A stretch of DNA of 64,000 nt from assembly GCA_016748015.1 (NCBI GenBank), contig JAAOMT010000352.1, positions 682,001 to 746,000 on the forward strand. Direction: 5' to 3'. The position numbers and the translations under genes were made by a program. The notes beneath the pieces are model-generated. The model made no database searches and was not told the DNA's origin. It saw only the letters and a list, made by a program, of their open reading frames with translations. Positions within the stretch are counted from its first letter, which is position 1. The number at the start of each line of letters is the position of its first letter. Origin of the DNA: Geosiphon pyriformis uo1. Lineage: Eukaryota > Fungi > Glomeromycota. This document shows positions 13,001 through 25,725 of the stretch, one piece after another.

Positions 13001-14383
13001 ATGAATGCACAAAAATATCAACAACTTCAGCACTATATAAATACTCAACAGTTCAAGGAGAAATTATCTCAAAAAGAACAAAATAACATAAAATAGCAAT
13101 CAAAATATTTTATTAACCATCAAAATATACTTTACCAGAGGAACAAAAAAAATCCAGATTAACTAACCAAAGTAATTACAGAATCAGAGAAAGAAACAAT
13201 ATTGTTCAACATGTACTCAGATCCAACAACAGGACATTTTCACAAAGAAACAACCATAAAAAGAACCAAAAAAAGATACTATTGGCTATTAATATATCCA
13301 AATATCATCTAATATGTTCAAAATTGTGATGTTTGTCAGAAAAGAGGAGGAACAAAATCCAGTAAGCCATTAAGACCAATCAAAGTGAGACAACCATTTG
13401 ATCACATTGGAATTAACTTAGTTGAATTATTAACAATTACCAGCAAAGACAACAGATATATTGCAGTAGCCATAGATTATTTTATTAAATGGCCAGAAAC
13501 AAAAGCAATTCAAAGAGTAGATGCAAAATCCATTACTGAATTCGTTTATCAAGATTTGATCTGTCAACATAGATGTCTAAAAAAATTACTATTTGACTAA
13601 GGAACTTATTTTGTAAATAGAACATTAGCAGAATAAAGCCAAAGATTTGGAATAAAAAAACCATTATCATCACCATACCATTTATAAACAAATGGGTTAG
13701 TTGAAAGATTTAACAGAACATTGTGTAAAACAATTGCCAAAATCAGCCAAGAAAATCAGAATGAATAGAATTTGTTCATATTATCAATATTATTTGCTTA
13801 TTGGACAATAAAGCAAGATACTACACAAGCAATACTATTTGAATTAGTATATGATAGAACAGCAATATTACCAATTGAGATAGAAGTCAAAACATATCCA
13901 ACAAAACCAATAACAGAAGAAAATTTTCAAAAAACATTATTGAAAAGAACATATAACTTAATAGAGACATTAGAAAACAAAAGGCAGAAAGTAGCTGATA
14001 ATATTCAAAAATTACAAAGAAAACAAAAAGAAAGACATGATAACCAATTACTAGAGAAACCAGTTGAATTCAAGATTAGAGACAAAGTACTCTTATATTG
14101 TACCAAAGCAGAAAAACAATGGAATAGAAAATTTGATTCCAAATGGAATGGACTATTTCACATAGAAGAAATTCTTGGAAATGAAACTTATAAATTATAG
14201 TTGAACAACAAAATCTTAACCAAAGCAGTACATAATGATTGACTAAAATCATATTACCATATAGTATTACCATTTACTAGTAATATTCTACAATTAAAAG
14301 TACAGAGAATATTAGTCCAATCAGATAAAATTTCATGAGATCTAAAACTAATCATAATTATTAAACCAAACATGTCAAATTAA
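13001..14383 (+). pseudogene. Element B integrase (separate ORF)
   Basis: Own ATG; GHF...YYW...CDVCQK zinc finger; PFDHIGINL; IDYFIKWPE; TNGLVERFNRTL; GPY/F-like KWNGLF. Confidence 0.9.
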
Positions 14384-14440
14384 ACAACCAAAAGAGTATA
14401 AAAAAGACATGATATATGTGACAAAAACAACAAAAAGAAA

Positions 14441-15070
14441 ATGAAAATTATTGATAACATATACACACTGGCACAACAACTTTTTTGACTGATTTAACAA
14501 TAGAATATGGAAATTACTATCAACCAACAAACCATTCAATACCAAGATACCAGAAAAATATGCCAATACAAAGTACAAAAGAAACCAGAAAGCACTATTG
14601 ACAAAATAATTCTAAAAGTAAAATTGGCAATAGAAGAGCCAACAAATATTACTTCATATTAAGAAGTGACTAAAAAAACTTGGAAGTGGTAGACACAACA
14701 ATTTCCAAGAAACTTTTGTTATTTCCACTTGGGACAACATCTAAATATCTGAAACTTATATACAGATAAAATAAAGCAATTGTTCAATCTAAAAATATTA
14801 CAACAACTTGAACAATTTATGGAAAAAAACAATTTAACCACACAAACATGAGCCATCTATCTATTACAAATTGGATTTCAAAACTGACCCAAAATCTTAC
14901 TCAACCCAGCAATAGACTTCATTACCATAAACCAAATGGAAAAAATAACCAATACTTAATTTGAAGAATTACAAAACAAGATAACACAAAAAATTCTTGA
15001 AAAAAAAGTTCAAAAAATACTCAAAGATAGAAAATTAGAATTAGGAGATCTTAATAGAGCTCAATATTAA
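14441..15070 (+). pseudogene. Element B ORF3, unknown accessory protein
   Basis: A single frame of 210 codons whose internal stops all revert with one C>T/G>A change; homologous to the same position in A, C, D and F; ends DLNRAQY-stop. Confidence 0.75.
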
Positions 15071-15083
15071 AAGGAGAGAATAA

Positions 15084-15902
15084 TGTTACTCATAAAATAT
15101 AGGAAGTATATTAGTATATAAATTAGCCAATTAAAGATAGTTATAGTAGATGTAAAATTTCAGGATTCTCATATAAGAAATCACAAGATTTCAGAATTCC
15201 AGGATTCTTCTCAAAGAAATTACAGGATTCTAGGAATTTCAGAATTCCTGGTGTAAAAAATTGAGGAATTAAGGAATTTCAATTATGTATATATAGTGAC
15301 AGTATTAGAAATAGAAAAGACAGACCTCTCAGTTTAGATCTAATTTAAGCAATCCTTCTATTCATAAATATCAATAAATAATTATTCACCATCTTAAATT
15401 CATTCCCTACTATTAACACTTTATGTTAATAACAATTAATACTTAACTATACTGGAACAATAGCTTTTAATTATGGCTATTAACAGAATATTAATGTGCA
15501 AATTGCCTTGGCTTATTTTTTTATTTTCTTTTATTGCTTTATTTTTGTTGTTATTTTGCTAACTTGATTAAAAAAATTTATACATGAAGGTACTAACATC
15601 AGGATATAGCATTGGTAAAAGACTTAGAATAAAAGTAGATACTTAGAATTGAGGATATTTTACCAAGAGAATTACTGGCTATCATGCTGAGAAAAAAATT
15701 AATGAAACTGTGGTTTTGGGAAGCTACAAATAAAACTATTAATTAAATTTCTGTCCATTATACAAAGAACTTAACCAAAACCTTCAGATAACCAAAACTT
15801 TCAAGTTATAATACTTTCAGATATTATCAACTGTTATAACACTTAAGCACCAAGTTACAGGTTTGTTATTTGCTTTTAGACCCCAAATAATCACTTATAA
15901 CA
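15084..15902 (+). repeat. 3' LTR of element B
   Basis: Direct repeat of 5860-6719, preceded by the PPT AAAAGGAGAGAATAA. Confidence 0.95.
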
Positions 15903-16387
15903 ATGTGCTATATCAATAAACTAAAGAACAACAGAAAGCTTTTAAAACTCTTAAAACAAAATTGACAACAGTTCCAATTTTTGCTTACCCAAACTTTAAT
16001 AAATGATTCCAACTAACCACTAATGCTTCACATACAGCATTTGGTGCCATTTTATCACAATTAGATAAAAATAACCAGAAACAAGTCATTGTTTATGCCA
16101 ATAAGACACTTAAACCAACAAAACTCAAATATAGCTCAATTGAATTAGAAGCTGCTGCAATTATTTGGGCTCTTAAATATTTTCAGCAATACCTAAAGAA
16201 TGGAAAAAAATTTAACATAACAACTAACAATATTGGTCTCAAATAGCTCAATAAAAAAAAATCTGAACAAAGTGCCAAACAATCTTAATAGAATAATTTT
16301 CTAACAGACTACAAATATATTGTACATCACAAATTAGGCAAATTATATACAAATATCGATAGTCTTTTCAAAATAAGACAAAATTAA
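15903..16387 (+). pseudogene. Element A RT connection and RNase H
   Basis: QQKAFKTLK, LTT(D)AS, ELEAAAIIWAL, N(A)DSL..IRQN-stop. Confidence 0.85.
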
Positions 16388-16436
16388 AATCCATACTAAC
16401 AAATCACTAATTTAACAACAATTAACAACAAAAACA

Positions 16437-17816
16437 ATGGATTTTGAAAACTACAACAACATCAAAAACTATTTGAAAACTCTTATTATGCCAGAAAATT
16501 GGTCTTCAAGTAAAAAAAATTGATTACAACATCAATTAAAACAATATTTCATATACCACAACAAAATTTATTATTGAAACTATAGGAATCCAACCAACCC
16601 ATTTAGACTAGTACAAGAAAACAAAAAAGAAACAATTCTTTACAACATGTATACAGATCTCTCATCAGCATACTTAAGAAGAGATAGAACAATTCAAAGA
16701 ATTCTTGAACATTATTTTTGGTCTTATATGCAAAAAGACATTTAATAATATATAAAATTTTGTAATAGTTGTCAAAAAAAAGAAAGAATTTGTCTTACAG
16801 AACCTTTAAATTCAATCAAAGTTGAACAATTTTTTGACAGAGTTGGAATTAATTTAGTCGGACTATTACTTATTACAATCCAAGAAAATTGTTATATTGC
16901 AGTTATAGTAGATTATCTTACCAAATAGCTTAAAGCTAGAGCCATTCAAAAAACAGATGCAAAATCAGTAACAAATCTTATTTATAAAAACATTATTTGT
17001 AAACATAGATGTCCAATTGAACTTTTATCTAATTAAAGAACACATTTTGTAAACAACTTAATACAAAAAATTTGTGAACAATTTAATGTCAAAAAATTTT
17101 TATCACTTTATTATTCTTAAACAAATAGATTTATAGAATGGTTTAACAAAACATTATATGAATCCTTAGTCAAAGTTTCAACCAATTTTGAACAGAAATA
17201 AGATATATTTATTTCATTAGTGTTATTAGCATACAGAACATTAAAACAAAATACTATGAAACACACACTATTTGATCTTACTTATAGAAAGACAGCAACA
17301 TTACCAATTAATTTCATAATAGAAACATATCTAATACAACCAATTAATGAAAAAAACTTTCAAAAAACACTTCAAAGAAGAGCCTATACTCTTCTTGAAC
17401 CACTGAAAAGAAAAAGACAAATAGCAGCCACTCATATTAAACACTCTTAAACTTAACAAAAAAAAAGACATGACAACAAATTGCTACCAGTTATCAATAA
17501 ATTTAAAGTTAAAAATAAAGTTCTTTTACACAAAACTAAGGCTAAAAAACAATGTAATAGAAAATTTGAATATAAATAGGATAGACTATTTTATATTTAC
17601 TAAATTTTAGACAATAGAGCATACAAATTAAAACTTGATAACAAAGTGCTAACAAAAGTTGCACATAAAAATCAATTGAAACATTATCATTCCAGAAACA
17701 ACCCTGAACCATTAATTCCACAAATTGATAGATATTTTTTTTTAATTAATCTTAAAAAAATTTCCCGAAATTTAGAACCAATAATTATAATAGAACAACC
17801 AAACTTGAACACTTAA
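16437..17816 (+). pseudogene. Element A integrase (separate ORF)
   Basis: Starts MDFENYNNIKNYL; CNSCQK; FDRVGINL; VDYLTK; LLAYRT; C-terminal LEPIIIIE. Confidence 0.85.
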
Positions 17817-17987
17817 TTTAATATTTTTTTACAATAATCTCTTTAATAATACACAAAAGATAAAAAAAATAGTAAATAATTACAGAAAACACCCAAACCC
17901 AAAAACAAATAAAACTCTATATTCAAAAAAATAATTTTTTTCTTTATTCATTTTCAAAATTTTATTTATTAGTTAGTCATTTTTATT

Positions 17988-18656
17988 ATGATTATTTCTC
18001 GAAATATTCAACAAATATCCCAAAAATTAATGTTAAAAATACTTCTTGACTTATTCATAATGATTAATAGAAGTTAAATTAATTATATTTAAAAAAAACC
18101 ATGACTTTAGTAGTAAACAATTCACAGAAGTATTATTCTTATAAAAAAAAACAAGAAGTTATTCTAGAAGTTAATTACCAGAACTATTGAAACAAGCATT
18201 AAAAGAAAATCTTTTATTTATTCCTATTAATATTTTACCAAATGCCACAATCCAACAAAAACTTTTACTATTGCTCAATAAACAAAACAATGAATATACT
18301 CTTATTTATAGATATTTTCATGTTGAAAAAACACTTTATAAATAAAAACTGGAACTTAAAGCAACAAATATTACTCCTAAAACTATACAAAAACAAATTT
18401 ACAATGAATTCAAGACAGCAGCTGGACCAACAAACACTTGCTATAAACTGAGAATAGTTTTTAAACTCTATAACTTATTCAATACTTGTAAAAATGTCTT
18501 ACAAAATTCAATACTTCATCCAATAAAGATTCAGTATATTGAAAAGCTCAGAAAACTGAAATTTTAATAATCTTCAGACCAGATTACTTTACTTATCTTG
18601 GACTACTATTTTAATATTACAGATAGTATTTGGACTTTAATATAGCTCAGTTTTGA
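17988..18656 (+). pseudogene. Element A ORF3, unknown accessory protein
   Basis: N-terminus MIISRNIQQISQKL resembles B/C ORF3; contains VFKLYNLFNTC; ends DFNIAQF-stop at the PPT. Confidence 0.6.
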
Positions 18657-18667
18657 GAAGAAAGTTA

Positions 18668-19611
18668 TGTTACCAGTAGAATTTTAGCTATTAATTAGCA
18701 TGAAATTACCTTCATAATTTCTATTATTAATTAGTATATATTATTATTATTTCAATTATCACTTATTAGTTAATCAAATTATCAAATATTATCATTCAAT
18801 TAATAATCTGATTATATCATAAAAATTAAGATGATTAAATTACACAATATTTTGAACCATTTAATATTCAAAAATTTGTCGAAATTAACAGAAATTGGCC
18901 AAAATAATCAATAATTTGTGGAAATAACTTGTAATTTGCCAAAATATATCTTTAATTTACTGAAATTAGAGCAAAGAAAAAAGTGCAAGTTCAAAGACTA
19001 GTACTACAATAAATTGTATAAAAAAAGAGCTTTTCTTTTCAAAAAAATGTATCTTACTTTAGAAATTTTAATTAGAACAAATCATCTCTTATATACTTTT
19101 ATAAAATCAAATAAAATTAAAATATTCAAAAAACCAAATCCTTAATTATTATACTTGAAACTCACAAAAACCCAATTAATGTTTTGAAATTAATTAGCTA
19201 CCAATTTCAATAATCTGTTAGTAATTTCAAGCCTGAATAAAAAACGATTCTTTTGACAAAAATCTTATTTTTTTTACATTTTTTTTTATTTTTTATTATA
19301 ATCATTAGAGTAGCTTATAAACAAGATTTTTGTAGAAAAGTTAACTTTTATAGCAAAATAACTACACATTTTAGTAAGCTTTCAAACAAGCAATTTCTGA
19401 GAAAAAGTTAATGTTTACTATAATATAACTACATAAAATAATTGGCACAGAATTGGTCATTCTACTTATAAACCCAATAGTTCAAATTATAGAAGATAAT
19501 TTGAAGCTAAATTCAGTTATTGAAGGTTCAATTACTTCCAGAAAAATGTGAATTCACAATCAACAGACATTAACAACATTTAAGAAAAGAGACCAAAAAT
19601 TTTTAATAACA
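18668..19611 (+). repeat. 3' LTR of element A
   Basis: TGTTACCAG...TAATAACA termini, purine tract upstream, homologous to 107-1095 in reverse. Confidence 0.9.
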
Positions 19612-22435
19612 TCAGAAAAACAAAAAAAATTCAGATTAACCACTTAGAGTAATCACAGAACCAGAAAAAGAAACAATACTCTACAATATGCATTCAGATC
19701 CAATAGCAGGACACTTTTATAAAAAAGCAACCATAAAAAGAACCAGAAAAAGATATTATTGGCCATTAATGTATTCAAATATTATTCAATATATTTAAAA
19801 TTGTAATGCTTGTCAAAGAAGAGGAAAAACAAGACCCAGTAAACCATTAAGACCAATTAGAGTAGAACAATCATTTAATTAAATTGGAATTAACTTAATT
19901 GGACTATTAACAATAATTAGCAGAGACAATTATTATATAGCAGTAGCCATGAATTATCTTACAAAATAGCCAAAAGTAAAAGCAATTCAAAAAGCAGATG
20001 CAAAATCCATAGCTGAATTCATTCATCAAGAGTTGATTTGTTAATATAGATGTTCAAAAAAATTATTATTAGACCAAGCAACTTACTTTGTAAACAAAAC
20101 ATTAGCAGAATTAAGTCAAAGATTTGGAATCAAAAAACTATTATTATCATTATATTATTTACAAACAAATGGCTTAATTGAAAGATTCAATAGAATATTG
20201 TATAAAACAATAGCCAAAATTAACCAAAAAAACCAGGACAAATGAAATTTGTCTATACCATTAGTACTATTTGCTTATTAGACAATAAAGCAAGATACTA
20301 TACAAGCAACACCATTTAAACTTGTTTATAGTAGAACAGCAACATTATCAGTTGAAATAAAAATTAATATGTATCCAACTGAAGCAATAACAGAAGACAA
20401 TTTTCAAGAAATATTGTTAAGAAAAACATATAACTTAATAGAAATTTTAGAATACAAAAGACAAAAAACAGCTGACAATATACAAAAGTCACAAGAAAAG
20501 CAAAAGGAGTGATATAATAAACAACTATTAGACAAACTAATTGAATTCAGAATTGAAGACAAAGTACTTTTATATTGTACCAAAGCAGAAAAACAATAGA
20601 ATAAAAAATTTGACTCCAAATGGGATGAACTATTTTACATTGAAAAAATTCTAGGAAATAGAGCTTATAAGCTAAGATAAAACAACAAAATCTTAGCTAA
20701 AACAACACATAGAAATTAACTAAAACCATATTACAATACAGCATTATTATTTACCAGTAATATTCCACAACTAGAAGTACAATAAATATTAGTCCAACCA
20801 GATAAAATTCCACAAGACCTAAAACCAATTATAATTATCAATACAAACACATTAAATTAATCAACTGAAATAATATATAAAGACACAGTATACACAACAA
20901 AAGCAATAAATAAAAAGATAAAAATTACTGACAACATCTACTTACTTGCACAACAACTATTCTAACTGATTCAACAACAAAACATAAAAATCACAATTAA
21001 CCAACAAACTATTTGGTACAAAAAAAATAAAAAGAAAACTCAATACAAAGTGCATAAAAAACTGGAAAACACTATAAACAAGATAATAACAAAAGTAAAA
21101 TTGACAATAGAAATACCAAAAACAGCTGTATCATATTAAGAATTGACAAAAAAAACTTAAAATTGGTGGATACAACAATTTCTGAGAAACTTTTGTTATT
21201 ATTACTTGGGACAAAACCTGAATATTCAAAACTTGTACACTGATAAAACAAAATGGTTATTCAACACAACAATACTACAACAATTGGAACAATTTGTGGA
21301 GAAAAACAATCTGTTCACACAGGCATAAGCCATATATCAACTACATACAAAATTTCAAGATTGACCAGCAATACTACTTAATTCAGTAATGAATACAGTT
21401 ACTATCAACCAATTGAGTAAAATAACCAATGTTCAATTTAAAGAATTACAGATCAATATAACCTAAGTAATTCTTGAAAAAAAAAGTCAAGAGTTAATCA
21501 GAGATGGAAAGTTAGAAGATATAAGAGATCTCAATAGAGCTCAATATTAAAAGAAAAAAATAATATTACTTATAAAATATAAAAATTATATATTAGTACA
21601 TAAATTAGCCAATTAAAATAAACATAGTAAAAGTGGAATTCCAGGATTTTTTTCAGAAGAATTGCAGGATTCCAGAATTACAAAATTTCTATATGAGGAA
21701 TTGCAGAATTTCTGGCTAGAAAATTGAAAAATTCAAAGAATCTCATATAATAAAATTTAGGTATATATAACAGTAGTATTAGAAGCCAAAAAGACAGAAT
21801 TTTTAGTTTAGAATCTTCAGTTTTAATTCTATATTTATCTTTTTATACAATAGTATTCTATGACTTAAAGTGGAAACATCAAATATCAATAAAAATATTT
21901 ATTACTTTTACAATCTATCTTTTTGTTATTAATACTTTATGTTGATAATTTCTAATATTCAATTATACTGAAATAATAGTTCTTAATCATGGCTATTAAC
22001 AGGATACTAATTCTTATTTTTATTTTTTTTCTTTATTTTTGTTTATTTTGTTTATTTTTTTGTTGTTTGTTAATTTACTAACTAATTAAAAAAATTAAGT
22101 ATTGAAAAAATTAACATTAAAAATAGCCTGGTAAAAAACCTTAAAGGAAGAGTATAAAATTAAAAAATTTATGAATAAGCTTATTAGAAGGGCATAACTG
22201 CCAAAATAAACCAGCCATTATACTGAAAAAAGAAATTTGATGGAATTGCGATTTCAGAAAACTACTAACACAACCAGTAAATTTCTGTTTATTATACAAA
22301 AAACTCAACCAAAACCTTCAGATACAAAACTTTTAAATCATGAAAACCTTCAAATATTACCAACCATATTAGTTATTGAGTGCCAAGTTATGAGTTTGTT
22401 ATTTATTTCAACCACTTAAATAATCATCTGTAATA
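19612..22435 (+). mobile_element. 3' part of Gypsy element D (B family): integrase, ORF3 and 3' LTR (21564-22435); host of element A
   Basis: Collinear with B 13135-15902; begins mid-integrase immediately after the A LTR. Confidence 0.9.
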
Positions 22436-25400
22436 CCAGTTTCAAATTGAAGCACTTTTTAAAACTGGTACATCTATGGAAATCATTTTTATTGAAATCA
22501 CTACTTAAGATAACAAAAGAAGATTTGTTTATAGTCTTCACAATTAAAAAGTTAATTTTTTCAGCTTGAAATAAACACATTGTTAATGTTGTATTAGTAT
22601 ACAGACCCAAAATCAAAACAGAAAGTTTATTTTTGAAAAGCAACTTGACAGAAAAAAAATGACTAAAAATCTCAAAAACTTTACACACATGTTTCACTAA
22701 AGCAATATTCATAATAATTGCAACACCAAAATTCAAGTAACCAGAGTTCAAACCAAAAACAAACACATAAACACCATCAAATTTATTAACAATACATGGA
22801 CAGATTTTTTCTTTAAATTTTGTTTCAGTAATAATTAAAATCAAATTGTTCATATTTTTATGTTAATAAATAATATCTTTTTGTTTTGCAGAATTGTTCA
22901 TACTTCTAATATTACATGTGGCAATATTCCAAATCAAACCGCTTATTAATGAGAAAAAACATCTGAATTCAAACCTCTATTGTCTAATTTGGTTAACAAG
23001 CCCATAACTGTATTTAATAAATTGTTTAATTTTTTCTCAAATTCCTTAATAATTGCTGATTTATTAATGCTACTCTTATAACAGTTTTGTCACTAATAAT
23101 TACATCTAAACTCTTACTTATTACTATATCTGCCTCTTAATTTTTTGATAAAGAGATTACCAATGGCTGATATTTAGGATTAGACTAGAAAACTATTGGC
23201 CTGAATATGTCCAACCTCTTAGCCAGCTTACCAATTTGCTCTATAAGGTTGACAAAACTGCATTCAAAAACAGCAAACCTACTATTTAATTTATCAGAAA
23301 CCAATAAAATAGGCTTTATTTCTAAAAAAAAGCCAAAATCTAACACACTATTACATATAAAAAGAAAAAAAAAAGACCTACCAACAATTTTTGTCTAAAA
23401 AATACCACTAAAAGTAACTGAACAAGTAATAAAAACCAAATATTTGGCATAAATGGCTGCCAATTTGCTTTTATCTGTGTTTGACAATACTTTATAAGAA
23501 AAAGCACCAGAAAAAAAATTTTTACTTACAGAACAACCCAATAATATATGACCCAAATTCCTATACTTGGTATATTTGACAAAATCTAGATAAGACCAAT
23601 ATAGATTAGTGTTTCTTAGCACTAATATGGTTCTTATAGCAGCATCTAATAATATAGCAAAGTCAAAACAAACAACTGTATACTTGGCTTAAACATATAT
23701 AACTGGATAATGATTAATAATACATGTTTTTCTACTTACTAAATTAATGTAATTCCAAATATCATGTGTATTTGTTTTAACTAGTAAAGTATACAACAAC
23801 ACTCTATAATCATTTTTTGTATTCCATGATTTTTTATTTTTATTAGTTCTAGCTACATGTACTGTATCTTTTCTGATTAAGATAAATCATTTTACTACAA
23901 TCAAATTAACATAATTTATTTTATTAAATTTAACCACAGCTTTTTGCCACAGTCCTATCAATTGTATCTTAATTAACTTAATTAACCCAAATTCAGAAAA
24001 TGCAGTGTTACAAGTAATTATTTGGGTTTGGAAACAAATAACAAACCCATAATTTGGTGCTCAATAGTTGATCTAATTAGTATTATTTAAAGGTTTTGGT
24101 ATCTGAAGATTTTAGTTGAGTCTTTTGTATAAGGAACAGAGATTCACTAGTAGTTTTATTTATTGCTTTCTAGAATTGCAATTCCATCAAATTTTTTTCT
24201 CAGCATAATGGCCAGTAATCTTCTTGGTAAGTTATCCTCAATTCTTGAGTGTTCTATTCTTATTTTTGAGTCTTTTACCAATTACTTTGATGTCAATAAC
24301 TCTGTACATTTTAATTTTTTAATCAATTAGTAAATAATAAACAAACAAAAGAAAATAAAATAAAATAAAAAAATAAGCCAAGGCAAGAAAGAGTTAGTAT
24401 TCTATCAATAGTTATAATCAAGAGCTATTAGACCAGTATAGTTAAGTATTAATAACTATTAACATAAGTTGTTAATAGTAGAAAGATAGATTATAATAAT
24501 AATAAGTATTTTATTAATAATTAATGTTTTCACTTCAAGTTATAGAATACTATCATATGAAAAAATGGATAGAGAATTAGAACTGGGTGTTCTAAACTAA
24601 AGATTCTAGCTGGAGAATTCTGTTCTTTTTGCTTCTAATACTACTGTTATATATACATAAATTTCAGTGTATAAAATTTTTTGAATTTCTCAATTTTTTA
24701 GCCAGGAATCTTGGAATTTCTGGAATCTTGTAATTCCTTAAAAGAAATTTTGGAATTCTGGAATCCTGCAATTTTTTATACTGGAATTTTGTAATTCTGA
24801 AATCTTGCAATTCCTCTGAGAAAAATTTTGGAATTCCACTTTTACTACATCTTATTCTAATTGGCTACTTTGTGTACTAATATATAATTTCTATATATAG
24901 TCTTAGTCAAAATACTAATTAAGATTTTTTTTAATATTACAGCCTAATCTGAATATTAGTAGATTTTTTGAAATTGGTGTTTACTAAAATTTTTGCACTT
25001 TTAGCTTTTTTAGTAGCCTGAATTAAACTTGATTCAAAAGTAAATATTACTCTAATAATTCCAACAAATTTTAAAGGAGTAGATGTTTTTTCAAAACTAT
25101 TGATTTCTGAAAATAATTTTTTGATAACTATATATTTTTTTTATAATGTTTTACTAACAACTTTGTTTAGTCTAATATTTAAAGCAAAGAATTTTCTAAC
25201 AGAAATATTAACCAAGTTTTTTAGAAGGAGAAAAAGCATTAAAAAACATTCAACAGAATATTATTATCATTATTATTCAAGAAACTAATTTTTCTTAGTG
25301 GCTTTCTTAACATCTTTTTGGTTTTAGTCTGTGAATCTTTAAGTGTTTAATTAGAATCTCCTTTGACAAAAGCACTATTTTCACTATAGTTTAAGCTAAT

Positions 25401-25725
25401 CTTTTTAATCAAACACTCTTTTTTTATGTTAACACTATCAAATTTGGTAGTATTACCAGTTTTTTAGCAAAAATCTTTTTATTATTGATACTATTTTTCA
25501 AAATATTATACTTTTTTTTTTCTTAAATAAAGCCAGTTTGATATTAATATCAAAGCCAGAATTCTTAAAAGTCTTTTTTATAACAGCAATATTAAGGTTT
25601 ATAATGGCCTTATAATCAAGTAAAAATAGTTTAAATTTATCATATTGAATAGTAAAAAACTTTTTTTAAAAAAACTTAGTAACTTTTTTTTCAGAAATTT
25701 AAAATAAAGGAAAGAAAAAAGGTTG
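22436..25725 (-). mobile_element. 5' part of LINE-3 (5' UTR, ORF1, start of APE endonuclease), interrupted by D and by a solo LTR
   Basis: ORF 22416-22853 (ETKF...SSDFN) matches the endonucleases of LINE-1/2; ORF1 remnants; 5' UTR similar to 41400-41530. Confidence 0.8.
24006..24896 (-). repeat. Solo LTR, B family, lacking its first ~15 bp
   Basis: Reverse complement of the B/D LTR; no PBS or PPT flanks; LINE-3 ORF1 is continuous across it. Confidence 0.85.

Larger units (their letters stand above)
5860..15902 (+). mobile_element. Full-length Gypsy LTR retrotransposon B (~10 kb), decayed
   Basis: Paired LTRs, 4-bp TSD ATGT (5856-5859 and 15903-15906), PBS at 6722, PPT at 15069-15083, and a complete domain set. 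Confidence 0.95.
1096..19611 (+). mobile_element. Gypsy LTR retrotransposon A, decayed; 5' end separated by X and interrupted by B at 5860-15902
   Basis: Domain order gag, CCHC, PR, dUTPase, RT, RNase H, IN, ORF3, purine tract, 3' LTR. The RT-RNase H connection resumes exactly after the B insertion. Confidence 0.9.

Noticed and set aside
14441-15070. ORF3 as a retroviral envelope gene
   Set aside because: Too short and hydrophilic; no signal peptide, fusion peptide or transmembrane anchor visible.
5860-15902. Dating insertions from LTR-pair divergence
   Set aside because: Differences are dominated by directional transitions, so a neutral clock would mislead; no computation was possible.
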